A stretch of 64,000 nt of DNA from assembly GCA_965219575.1 (NCBI GenBank), contig OZ244779.1, positions 1,772,769 to 1,836,768 on the forward strand, written 5' to 3'. Within the stretch, counting starts at the first letter, position 1, and each line of letters opens with the position of its first letter. A model generated the notes under the pieces. It was not told where the DNA came from and made no database searches. It saw nothing but the letters and a program-made list of their open reading frames with translations. This stretch comes from Candidatus Oxydemutatoraceae bacterium (lineage in GTDB: Bacteria; Pseudomonadota; Gammaproteobacteria; Poriferisulfidales; Oxydemutatoraceae). Shown piece by piece: positions 21,201-30,650 of the stretch. The translations under genes and the position numbers were made by a program.

Positions 21201-23483
21201 GTCACTTGTCTGTATTCCACTAGTATCTATATTCCAGTAGCTGTCCGTGATAATACTTGAATTAAGACTAACTAAACCGCCTACATTGTCCGCTCCTGAA
21301 ACAGAACTCGTCGCATAGCTGTTCGTGATGGTGCCTCTACTGCTACTACTCCAACCGACTAAACCGCCTACATAGTCACCTCCTGAAATAGAACCTGTCG
21401 CATAGCTGTTCGTGATGGTGCCCCCGTCATTATGACCAACTAAACCACCTATATCCTCATTTCCTGCAATAGAACCCGTCGCATAGCTGTTCGTGATGGT
21501 GCCTTCATTATCACCAACTAAACCGCCTATATCGTCATCTCCTGCAATGGATCCCGTTGCGTAGCTGTTCGTGATGGTGCCTTCATTATCACCAACTAAA
21601 CCGCCTACATTAAAATTCCCTATAATATCTACACTTAACAAACCAACATTAGTGATTTCAGCCCCACCCTCTGCAGAACCAAACAAACCCACATCCTCAC
21701 TTTCACCTCTGCTAATCATAAGACCAGAGAGGGTGTAGCCATTGCCGTTAAACCGACCGCTGAAAGCATTAGAAGAATCCCCAATCGGCTGCCAACCTGC
21801 TCCCGTAGTCCATATAGTCATGTTGGCAACGGAACTATAGCTGTCAGCGTCGTTGAAGTCTAAATCTCTCGTCAATTCATAGCCTATGCATCCGTTATTA
21901 GGACAACCTACTGTAACCTTAGATGCTGTCTCGCTCTCTCTATAGCCCGTCCCGTCCGGCTGATAACGTATCGCATTCAATCCCTCTAAATTATCAATCT
22001 CTATCAAACCGTCGTCATCCCTATCAACATCTCCGCTAAACTCATAATAATTAACGGAGAGAGTATAACGAACAGTCTGCGTTGTTTGACTTCTGTTCTC
22101 AACCTCAATTGTGATTGTAGTTATCCCGTCGGTATTTAACGAAATCATACGACTCGCATCACCGCTATCTATGGCTGGGCTTCTAGCTTCTTCATTGGCC
22201 ATAACATAAACCTTGGCATCGGGATTTACTGTTATCGGTCTGAACTGTATTGTGTTGATACTATTAACTACCGTTCCTCTGTAGCTCGGCACTATCACAT
22301 CAAAATCAGGCGACAGATTACCTCCCACTAATTGCAATTCACTCAAACCTCTGGCGATAGGAGACAACAAACTCCCACAGACAGGTAAATCTGTTGTGGT
22401 ATCACCTACACTACGACATTCTCTACTATCCGTATTAGGATTATCCGTATATTTGAGCACCGGGTATTGAACGCTAGTGCCGAAATCCCAATTATCACTA
22501 CTCCAGCTAAGATATATCCCGGCTGCCGTTGTCGGCGATTGCAATTCCACCGTAGTTTTACTCGTGCCACCGTCACTTGTCCGTATCCCGCTGGTATTTA
22601 TATCCCAGTAGCTATCTGTGGTGGTGCCGGTATCGCTACGACCGACTAATCCACCCGCATTACTATCCCCTGTGACAAGTCCCGTAGCGTAGCTGTTTGT
22701 AATAGTGCCGATATCGTGACGGCCGACTAATCCACCTATCTGAGAAGTCCCTTCAACAGAACCAGTGGCATAGCTACTCGTTATAAGGTTGGTATTCCGA
22801 CCAACTAAACCACCTACACGCGCACTACCTGTAACAGATCCCGTAGCATAACTGTTCACAATAATGCCATAATTCCTACCGACCAAACCACCCGCACGAG
22901 AAGTCCCACCAACAGAAACCGTAGCATAACTACTCATGACGGTGCCCGCATTCCGACCAACTAGACCACCTACGCGAGAAGAAGTTCCGATAATAGAACC
23001 CGTCGCATAAGTATTCGTCATAGTGCTTTCGTTCCAACCCACTAATCCGCCTACATAAGAAGAAAAAGCTATAATATCTATATTCAGTAAACCCAAATTA
23101 GTGATTTCAGTACCACTGCCCGTATAACCAAACAGACCTATGTTGCTTGTGCCACTTCTGTCAATCATAAGATTAGAAATCGTAAAACCGTTGCCGTTAA
23201 ACCGACCGCTGAAAGCATCAGAAGAATCCCCAATCGGCTGCCAGCCCGCTCCCGTAGTCCATGTAATCTTGTTAGCTATTGAACTATAGCTGTCATCGTC
23301 GTTGAAGTCTAAATCTCTCATCAATTCATAACCTTCGTCCAGTTGAAAGCGGATTGCATTTAAGGTTTCCAAATCGTTGATGTCTATCAGCCCGTCGCCA
23401 TCGGCATCTACAACAGTATTAGTTTGAGCAACTATGTTCGCACTGAATAGTGCAAGTAGAACAATCAACAAGAGGGTTTTCAT
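18252..23483 (-). CDS. Large secreted GLUG-repeat / cadherin-like / Ig-like surface protein (1743 aa) with C-terminal KVFLEGPLQ tag
   Basis: Signal peptide MKTLLLIVLLALFSANIVA; three blocks of ITNSYATGSV..VGGLVG repeats, each opened by a DxDxDGLIxI motif; LSPDF..Y cadherin-like domains; Ig-like tail. Confidence 0.85.
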   Translation of the reverse strand: MKTLLLIVLLALFSANIVAQTNTVVDADGDGLIDINDLETLNAIRFQLDEGYELMRDLDFNDDDSYSSIANKITWTTGAGWQPIGDSSDAFSGRFNGNGFTISNLMIDRSGTSNIGLFGYTGSGTEITNLGLLNIDIIAFSSYVGGLVGWNESTMTNTYATGSIIGTSSRVGGLVGRNAGTVMSSYATVSVGGTSRAGGLVGRNYGIIVNSYATGSVTGSARVGGLVGRNTNLITSSYATGSVEGTSQIGGLVGRHDIGTITNSYATGLVTGDSNAGGLVGRSDTGTTTDSYWDINTSGIRTSDGGTSKTTVELQSPTTAAGIYLSWSSDNWDFGTSVQYPVLKYTDNPNTDSRECRSVGDTTTDLPVCGSLLSPIARGLSELQLVGGNLSPDFDVIVPSYRGTVVNSINTIQFRPITVNPDAKVYVMANEEARSPAIDSGDASRMISLNTDGITTITIEVENRSQTTQTVRYTLSVNYYEFSGDVDRDDDGLIEIDNLEGLNAIRYQPDGTGYRESETASKVTVGCPNNGCIGYELTRDLDFNDADSYSSVANMTIWTTGAGWQPIGDSSNAFSGRFNGNGYTLSGLMISRGESEDVGLFGSAEGGAEITNVGLLSVDIIGNFNVGGLVGDNEGTITNSYATGSIAGDDDIGGLVGDNEGTITNSYATGSIAGNEDIGGLVGHNDGGTITNSYATGSISGGDYVGGLVGWSSSSRGTITNSYATSSVSGADNVGGLVSLNSSIITDSYWNIDTSGIQTSDGGTTKTTVELQSPTMATGIYSSWSSDNWDFGTSVQYPVLKYADNPNTDSRECRSVSDTTTDLPVCGSLLLPALRYGLRELQLLRGNLSPDFNVVVPSYRGTVVNSISTIQFRPTTVNPDAKVYITADEEARGIAMDSGDESGMISLNTGGITTITIEVESRGQITQTVRYTLSLNYYEFNGDVDRDDNGLIEVDNLEGLNAMRYQPDGTGYRESETAPKIAIGCPNNACRGYELTRNLDFNNAGSYSLAKNRTIWATGAGWQPIGDSAANTFSGKFEGNGYNISHLFINSSDTSIVGLFGYAGNKAAIANVGLLNVDIIGGEDIGSLVGDNGGTIMNSYATGFVSGNGNDVGGLVGLNRGIITISYATSSVSGNGNDVGGLVGLNRGTITNSYATGSVSGDFGVGGLVGWNSGNSSSSSRGTITNSYATGSVLGSDSVGGLVGGNFGSIMNSYWNIDTSVIQTSAGGTTKTTMELQSPTMAIGIYSSWSRDNWDFGTSVQYPAVKYALGDDTGNPACDAKPETPLPRCGSLLPDQRARPRGGNITPTIMTTFPLSITLLEGAGTTLNVVVRDTDDDDLVVSINSDDRTVATAIIIATDGGSRTLEITGVSEGEATITATVDDGRDTINSIASLVFRVTVEANQAPTLEIISSSMPTIEAGSTANIVISVKDQNFDMNDTVAVAAMSSNQSVVLVMPMEIPDITADMNITFTLTAGQAGEATITFTATDSQGQEATIRSNSYRVANESPVIESILAPEMIDEGAMQRITVNASDANGDRLTYNWSVNSQYTGINVSGNPATLSIPDYFITDVVSSETTVELEVTVSDGTASTTGMVSVIANKRDNGDAILRTSLKIDVDDSSGTTLSTWTASVASEDPDGGTSGTIVYQWQVCEGNEGRCPSESNWMDIDGAIGTPYEISGSSVSLEGDKTFPLVEESSIFRVIGTYTDRQGYDEVVNSAGRIYTTRPALMIRVKVFLEGPLQ

Positions 23484-23650
23484 TTTTTAATAAATTAATA
23501 ATTTACTTTATTTTTCAGATTATAACAATTTAGAAATAATAATCAATCTATTGTAGGATGCCATAGCATATTGGGCAAATGGGGGTAATGTTAAGGACTT
23601 CTTTTTTACTCGCTTCAATTACAACCTCTACTTGCATGGTGGCAGTAGTA

Positions 23651-26600
23651 TCATTTATCCAGCAAATCTAAGTTTGTATCGTGCAACGGCCGGGCTGTGC
23701 GCAGCGAAGCCGGCGATGCAGTAAACCATTTCCTTACGTTCAAGCCGTCATGAGTATGCCCACTTTGCCGATCAAAGGTGCCGTGGCTGTGTGGATAAGT
23801 ACTGGTTTGCTCGTATTTACCGTTGATTGTCGTTATGTGCGGTGGCGGAATGGTGCCGAGCGACTCGGGCAATTCCTTTTCAAAAATACTCACGGCGGCA
23901 TCCATGACGATATCGGCGATAGTACAAAACAAGTGTTGTGTGTTGCCATTGCGACAGAGACTTGAAACGGTATCGGCCATGGCGCCCACGATGGTGCCGG
24001 TATCGGTTTTTCGCAGCGCAGACAAACCATCCATAGTCACCGAACCTAAACCTCGAGTAGCCTCGTAGTAGCTGTAAACAAAATCACCATCTCCTCGTCG
24101 ACTAAATTGTTCGATATACTCGTTCAATTCATCCAACTGCCCGGAAGTTGCAGGATGATTTTCATCCGTCAATAGGATTACGGCGATGCGGAAATGTCGC
24201 TGCGCATCTTCCGAATTAGGAACCCGTGCCCCGTGAGTGGCAATAATATCCTCTATAGTAAGTGTCTGTACATTGCTTGCGGTGAAAATCGGTTGCCCAT
24301 TCGTTGTGGCTCTCGTAGAACCGCCCTCTTCTAATAACCAACGACCATCCTCGGCCACCCAGAGATCCGGAACATCTTCCGGTGCCAGAAGACCTGCAAA
24401 ATAAAGTTCTATCGAACTATAGGGAACAATATTGCCACGATTGGCAATTGTCCCAAAACTACCGGCGGTGTATTGCCCATCCCCTAAATCAACCAAGTCG
24501 GCGATATCAAATCCGCCAAGTTGCCCATCTGCGCTACTAAATCCCCAATGTCCACCATAGGCTGTCGGTATGGTATAGTTTGCCCACGCATGCTGCAGTT
24601 CGTGTAGCGAGGGACCATACAGTAGTAATCCTTTTTCGGGAAAGTGCATTACGCCTTTCAAGGTATTCGCAGAACCGTACCGATTGTCATAAAATTTGGC
24701 TAAACCTATTCCTTCAACATCGTTCCGAACCCTAAGATATACACCGTAATAAAAAATATTCTCATGATCATCGATATCGTCAAGATTGGAGAAGAACATC
24801 AAGAAATCAAAACTATCCTCAAAATGTTTGTATAATTGCGATGCGTAGGCATCAAGATTAAGTCCTCTAAATGCCGTTCCGCGCGTGATATCCTCGTCAA
24901 TACGCATTACAATCACATTATCATTATGCACAAAAATATCCTGAGATACGCTCACTCGGAATTGAACCTCATCTTCGTTTCCTAAGCTATCGGTGATAAT
25001 GATTGTCGCTGTCGTATTACCTAATCCTATTAGTGTGATTGCAAACTCTGCGGTTCTCGTCACTTCGTCAGTAGCGTCGGATAAAATTATTGTATCCGTA
25101 GCAATAGATATAACCGACTCGCCACCTTCATCTAATTCTAATGTCATTGACACAGGCAGGTCATAAGCCTCAACGACGACCGGCAAATTAGTCACCGAAT
25201 TTTCATCTTTTTTTATTAGATGCACGGTCCGACCTTCTGCCGGACTGATTATTTTCACATAGTTGGATTCTTGAGCAACACGAAATCCAAAAGATTGATA
25301 TTCTATGGACGCATAAGCATTGCGAGAGAAGGAAAAAATATCATTCAGCGAACTGTTCCAAGCTCCACCACGCACTACATAACTTTGGAAAGGACATCCA
25401 TCAGACCAAGCACTGCCGTCCGACGGTGCACCCTCGTAGCCATAGTGCCAACAATCCTCTACCCACTCACCGACATTACCATGTATATCATGTAGCCCGA
25501 AGGCATTCGCAGGATAACTACCAACTCGAACAGTCCCTCGACAAGGAGAATTAGCTATTGAACCGCAACCGGAATGCCAATAGCGCGCCTGACTCGATAA
25601 AATCGTCGAACCGAAATGATACGGTGTGGTTGTTCCTGCCCTAGCTACATATTCCCACTCCGCTTCGGTCAACAAGCGATATTTCTTCTTTGTTTTTCTC
25701 GATAACCAACGAGTGTATGCTTGCGCATCATGCCATGAAACGCACACAACCGGATGGTTATCAAATTGCGAAAAACCCGGAGAACGCCAATTAAGATTGG
25801 TGCCATAGTCATACCTATCGCCAATATATTCGAAGCAATCATCGTATGTGAAGCGTCTTGTCTCGTCGACAAATGCCTCATACTGTCCGCGAGTCACTTC
25901 GTATTTTCCGACTGCAAAGGAGTTGGAGATAGTAACTAAATGTTGTGGTTGGGAAGAGCCCAAATAATATCTCCTTTCGCCTATGGTTATATAAGACCCT
26001 GTCGACCCCATCATAAACTGCCCTGCCGGCACTACGACCATCTCAGGACAAGTCGGACAATCACTAAAAGTTTTATCCGAAATATCCTGAAATACGCTCA
26101 CCCGAAATTGAACCTCATCTTCGTTTCCTAATCTATCGGTGATAATGATTGTCGCTGTCGTATCACCTAATCCTATTAGTGTGATTGCAAACTCTGCGGT
26201 TCTCGTCACTTCGTCAATAGCGTCGGATAAAATTATCGTATCCGTAGCAATAGATATAACCGACTCGCCACCCTCATCTAATTCTAATGTCATTGACATA
26301 GGCAGGTTATGAGCCTCAGCGACGACCGGCAAATTAGTCACCGAATCTTCATCTTTGTTTATGAGATTCACGGTCTGACCTTTTGCCGGACTGATTATTT
26401 TCACATAGTCGGATGCCTGAGCAACCAACCGAAATTGAACCTCATCTTCATTTCCTAAGCTATCGGTGATAATGATTGTCACTGTCGTATTACCTAATCC
26501 TATTGGTGTGATAGCAAACTCTGCGGTTCTCGTCACTTCGTCGGTAGCGTCGGATAAAATTATTGTATCCGTAGCAATAGATATAACCGACTCGCCACCT

Positions 26601-27763
26601 TCATTTAATTCTAATGTAATTGACACAGGCAGGTTATAAGCCTCAACGACGACCGGCAAATTAGTCACCGAATCTTGATCTTTTTTTATGAGATGCACGG
26701 TCCGACCTTCTGCCGGACTGATTATTTTCACATAGTTGGATACCTGAGCAACACGAAATCCAAAAGATTGGTATCTGGACGGGAAAGCATTGCGAGAGAA
26801 GGAAAAAATGTCATTAAGCGAATTGGCCCAAGCTCCACCACGCACTACGTAATCTTGGGAAGGACATCCATCAGACCAAGCACTGCCGTCCGACGGTGCA
26901 CCCTCGTAGCCATAGTGCCAACAATCCTCTACCCACTCACCAACATTACCATGTATATCATGTAGCCCGAAGGCATTTGCAGGATAACTACCAACTCGAA
27001 CAGTCCCTCGACAAGAAGAATTAGCTATCGAACCGCAACCGGAATGCCAATAACGCGCCTGACTCGGTAAAATCGTTGAACCGAAATGATACGGTGTAGT
27101 TGTTCCTGCCCTAGCTACATATTCCCACTCCGCTTCGGTCAACAAGCGATATTTCCTTTTTGTTTTTTTTGATAACCAACGGGTGTATGCTTGCGCATCA
27201 TGCCCTGAAACGCACACAACCGGGTGGTTATCAAATTGCGAAAAACCCGGAGAACGCCAATTAAGATCAGTGCCATAGTCATACCCATCGCCAATATATT
27301 CGAAGCAATCATCGTATGTGAAGCGTCTTGTCTCGTCAACAAATGCCTCATACTGTTTGCGAGTCACTTCGTATTTTCCGACTGCAAAGGAGTTGGAGAT
27401 AGTAACTAAATGTTGTGGTTGGGAAGAGGAACCCAAATAATATGTCCTTTCGCCTATGGTTATATAATATCCTGTCGCCCCCATCATAAACTGCCCTGCC
27501 GGCACTACGACCATCTCAGGACAAGTCGGACAATCACTAAAAGTTTTATCCGACCGGAAAATTCTGCTTGCTTCACTAGTGCCACCCCCCATAAGAGCAC
27601 CTTCTAGGAAAACTTTGGCTCGCACCTTTACATTAGTTGTCGACATATCTATTTGTGCATTTGCCGATAGAGAATACACGCTAGCCGTTATAGCTATAAC
27701 GCTTAAAAACGACATCCTAATAATCCCCCTGACGTTCTCCTTCTTTTTAGTGTCCATATCCAA
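23651..27763 (-). CDS. Secreted protein: KVFLEGAL tag, two FGE-sulfatase (CLec-fold) domains, three Ig-like repeats, HExxH metallopeptidase-like C-domain
   Basis: DCPTCPEMVVVPAGQFMMG, YRLLTEAEWEYVARAG, NAFGLHDIHGNVGEW and VVRGGAW..GFRVA each occur twice; HELQH...HWG; signal ending ANA|Q; start codon uncertain. Confidence 0.85.
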   Translation of the reverse strand: MDMDTKKKENVRGIIRMSFLSVIAITASVYSLSANAQIDMSTTNVKVRAKVFLEGALMGGGTSEASRIFRSDKTFSDCPTCPEMVVVPAGQFMMGATGYYITIGERTYYLGSSSQPQHLVTISNSFAVGKYEVTRKQYEAFVDETRRFTYDDCFEYIGDGYDYGTDLNWRSPGFSQFDNHPVVCVSGHDAQAYTRWLSKKTKRKYRLLTEAEWEYVARAGTTTPYHFGSTILPSQARYWHSGCGSIANSSCRGTVRVGSYPANAFGLHDIHGNVGEWVEDCWHYGYEGAPSDGSAWSDGCPSQDYVVRGGAWANSLNDIFSFSRNAFPSRYQSFGFRVAQVSNYVKIISPAEGRTVHLIKKDQDSVTNLPVVVEAYNLPVSITLELNEGGESVISIATDTIILSDATDEVTRTAEFAITPIGLGNTTVTIIITDSLGNEDEVQFRLVAQASDYVKIISPAKGQTVNLINKDEDSVTNLPVVAEAHNLPMSMTLELDEGGESVISIATDTIILSDAIDEVTRTAEFAITLIGLGDTTATIIITDRLGNEDEVQFRVSVFQDISDKTFSDCPTCPEMVVVPAGQFMMGSTGSYITIGERRYYLGSSQPQHLVTISNSFAVGKYEVTRGQYEAFVDETRRFTYDDCFEYIGDRYDYGTNLNWRSPGFSQFDNHPVVCVSWHDAQAYTRWLSRKTKKKYRLLTEAEWEYVARAGTTTPYHFGSTILSSQARYWHSGCGSIANSPCRGTVRVGSYPANAFGLHDIHGNVGEWVEDCWHYGYEGAPSDGSAWSDGCPFQSYVVRGGAWNSSLNDIFSFSRNAYASIEYQSFGFRVAQESNYVKIISPAEGRTVHLIKKDENSVTNLPVVVEAYDLPVSMTLELDEGGESVISIATDTIILSDATDEVTRTAEFAITLIGLGNTTATIIITDSLGNEDEVQFRVSVSQDIFVHNDNVIVMRIDEDITRGTAFRGLNLDAYASQLYKHFEDSFDFLMFFSNLDDIDDHENIFYYGVYLRVRNDVEGIGLAKFYDNRYGSANTLKGVMHFPEKGLLLYGPSLHELQHAWANYTIPTAYGGHWGFSSADGQLGGFDIADLVDLGDGQYTAGSFGTIANRGNIVPYSSIELYFAGLLAPEDVPDLWVAEDGRWLLEEGGSTRATTNGQPIFTASNVQTLTIEDIIATHGARVPNSEDAQRHFRIAVILLTDENHPATSGQLDELNEYIEQFSRRGDGDFVYSYYEATRGLGSVTMDGLSALRKTDTGTIVGAMADTVSSLCRNGNTQHLFCTIADIVMDAAVSIFEKELPESLGTIPPPHITTINGKYEQTSTYPHSHGTFDRQSGHTHDGLNVRKWFTASPASLRTARPLHDTNLDLLDK

Positions 27764-27907
27764 AGTTAGTTTTCATGCTATTACTCTCGCAGATATACTA
27801 GGAATTGATACTCTAATGCGATAGTTTACCATGCAATGGTTGTCGCACCGGCATATGAACATAGGTTCTACTGGAGCGGACCCTCTAAAAATACTTTGGC
27901 GCGTATC
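27761..27907 (-). repeat. 147-bp block (C-terminal tag codons + 3' flank), copy 2
   Basis: Ungapped match to 18145-18291. Confidence 0.93.
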
Positions 27908-27919
27908 CTAATAGCTGAA

Positions 27920-30650
27920 GCAGTGACATCCACCGACACAGTCTCACTATCGCTTAACCCGCCGCTATCGGTGGCGGTGAAGGTAATCGTTGCTTCTCCT
28001 TCTTGCTCGGCACTAATCACAAAGGTTGTAATCGTATCCGTGGTTATATCGGCAGCTTGCACCGGTGTTACCGAAACAATCGTTCGGCTCGACGACATCG
28101 CCTCCAATGTAACAATATCGTCCAAATTGAAATTATCATCCGCTACCAAGACAGCGATTTGAGCCGCACTATTGACCGGTAGCGTTTGCGCCGATGACGG
28201 TGTAATCATAATCGTCGGTGTAGTATTCGCCTCCACTCGTACTTCAAATTGTGCCGAGACCTCCGAGTTTGCTACACCTCTGTCGTCGTTCACCGTCACC
28301 GTAATCACCGCACGACCGGCACCGACACCGCTAACCTCAAGCGTACGGGTGGCATCGTCGGTTGCGATAATCGTTGCGGTTGCAATCATACTATCGCCGG
28401 TATTAATTCTTACACTGAGGCTATCGTCGGCATCGGCATCGTTTATCGCAACATCAAACTCGGTACTCAAACCTTCCAACAACCTAATCGGTTGCTCGGG
28501 AATACCGCTCAGCGTCGGTGCCGTATTGACACGCACCACTAGCTCTACACTATCGCTTAACCCACCGCGGTCGGTTGCGGTGAAGGTAATCGTCGCTTCT
28601 CCGCCTTGCTCGGCACTAATCCTAAAGGTTGTAATCGTATCCGTGGTTATATCGGTAACTTGCGCCGGTGTCACCGATATAATCGTTTGGCTTGACGACA
28701 TTGCCGCCAGTGCGACAATATCATTCAAATCGAAATTGCTATCCGTAACCGAGACGATGGTATCGGTCGTGGTATTGACCGGTAGCGTTTGCGCCGATGA
28801 CGGTGTAATCATAATCGTCGGTGTAGTGTTCGCTTCGACTTGTACTTCAAACTCTGCCGAGACCTCCGAGTTTGCTACACTTCTGCCGTCATTTACCGTC
28901 ACCGTAATCGTTGCTTCGCCCTCACCGACACCGCTAACCTCAAGCGTACGGGTGGCATCGTCGGTTGCGATAATCGTTGCGGTTGCAATCATGCTATCGC
29001 TGGTATCAATTCGTACATTGAGGCTATCGTCGGCATCGGCATCGTTTACCGCAACAGAAAGCTCGGTACTCAAACCTTCCAACAACCTGATGGGTTGCTC
29101 GGGAATACCGCTCAGCGTCGGTGCCGTGTTGACACGCACCGCTAGTTCTATACTATCGCTTAACCCGCCGATGTCGGTTGCGGTGAATGTAATCGTCGCT
29201 TCTCCGCCTTGCTCGGCACTAATCCTAAAGGTTCTACTCGTATCCGTCGTTATATTAGCAACTTGCACCGGTGTCACCGAAACAATCGTTCGGCTTGACG
29301 ACATTGCCGCTAATGTGACAATATCATTCAAATCGAAATTGCTATCCGTAACCGAGACGATGGTATCGGTCGTGCTATTGACCGGTAGCGTTTGCGCTGA
29401 TGACGGTGTAATCATAATCGTCGGTGTAGTATTCGCCTCCACTCGTACTTCAAATTGTGCCGAGACCTCAGAGTTTGCTACACCTCTGTCGTCATTCACC
29501 GTCACCGTAATCACCGCACGACCGGCACCGACACCGCTAACCTCAAGCGTACGGGTGGCATCGTTGGTTGCGATAATCGTTGCGCTCGCAATCATGCTAT
29601 CGCCGGTATCAATTCTTATACTGGGGCTGTCATCGGCATCGGCATCGTTTACCGCAACAGAAAGCTCGGTACTCAAACCTTCCAACAACCTGATGGGTTG
29701 TTCGGGAATACCGCTCAGCGTCGGTGCCGTATTGACACGCACCGCTAGTTCTACACTATCGCTTAACCCGCCGATGTCGGTTGCGGTGAATGTAATCGTC
29801 GCTTCTCCGCCTTGCTCGGCACTAATCCTAAAGGTTCTACTCGTATCCGTCGTTATACCGCCAGTTTGCGTTGATGTCACCGAAACAATCGTTCGGCTTG
29901 ACGACATTGCCTCCAGTGTGACGATATCGTCCAGATTGAAATTATCATCCGCCACCGAGACAACGATAGCCGCCGTGCTATTGATTGGTAGCGTTTGCGC
30001 TGTTGATGGTGTAATCATAATCGTCGGTGTAGTATTCGCTTCCACTTGCACTTCAAATTGTTCCGAGATCCTTGAATTTGCTACACCTCTGCCGTCATCC
30101 ACCGTCACCTTAATCGTTGCCTCACCCTCACCGACACCGACAACCTCAAGTGTGCGGGTGGCATCGTCGGTTGCGATAATCGTTGCGGTTGCAATCATGC
30201 TATCGCTGGTATCAATTCTTACATTGAGGTTATCGTCTGCATCGGCATCGTTTATCGCAACATCAAACTCAGTACTCAAACCTTCCAATAATCTGATGGG
30301 TTGCTCGGGAATACCGCTCAGCGTCGGTGCCGTATTCACACGCACCGCTAGCTCGGCATGAGCACTCAAGCTGTTTCGGTCGGTTGCGGTGAATCTAATC
30401 GTCGCTTCTCCGCCTTGCTCGGCATTCAGCACGAAGCGCACACTCGTATCGGTCGTTATGTCGGCAATGCGCGCCGGCATCACCGAGACCACCGATGGGG
30501 TTGACGATACCGCCGTCAATGTAACAACATCGTCCAAATCGAAATTGCTGTCCGCAACCGAGACGATGGTATCGGTCGTGCTATTGACTGGTAGCGTTAG
30601 TGCCGATGACGGTGCAAGCAATAACGTTGGAACGGTATTCTCTTCCACCG
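27920..30650 (-). repeat. Intragenic tandem repeat, 603-bp (201-aa, two Ig-like domains) unit, about 4.5 copies
   Basis: VRVNTAPTLSGIPEQPIRLLEGLSTE recurs every 603 bp; another copy near 32500-33100; boundaries approximate. Confidence 0.9.

Noticed and set aside
23651-27763. Complete diversity-generating retroelement
   Set aside because: No reverse transcriptase, Avd or non-coding template repeat in the window, and the differences are not adenine-restricted; kept only as a weaker finding
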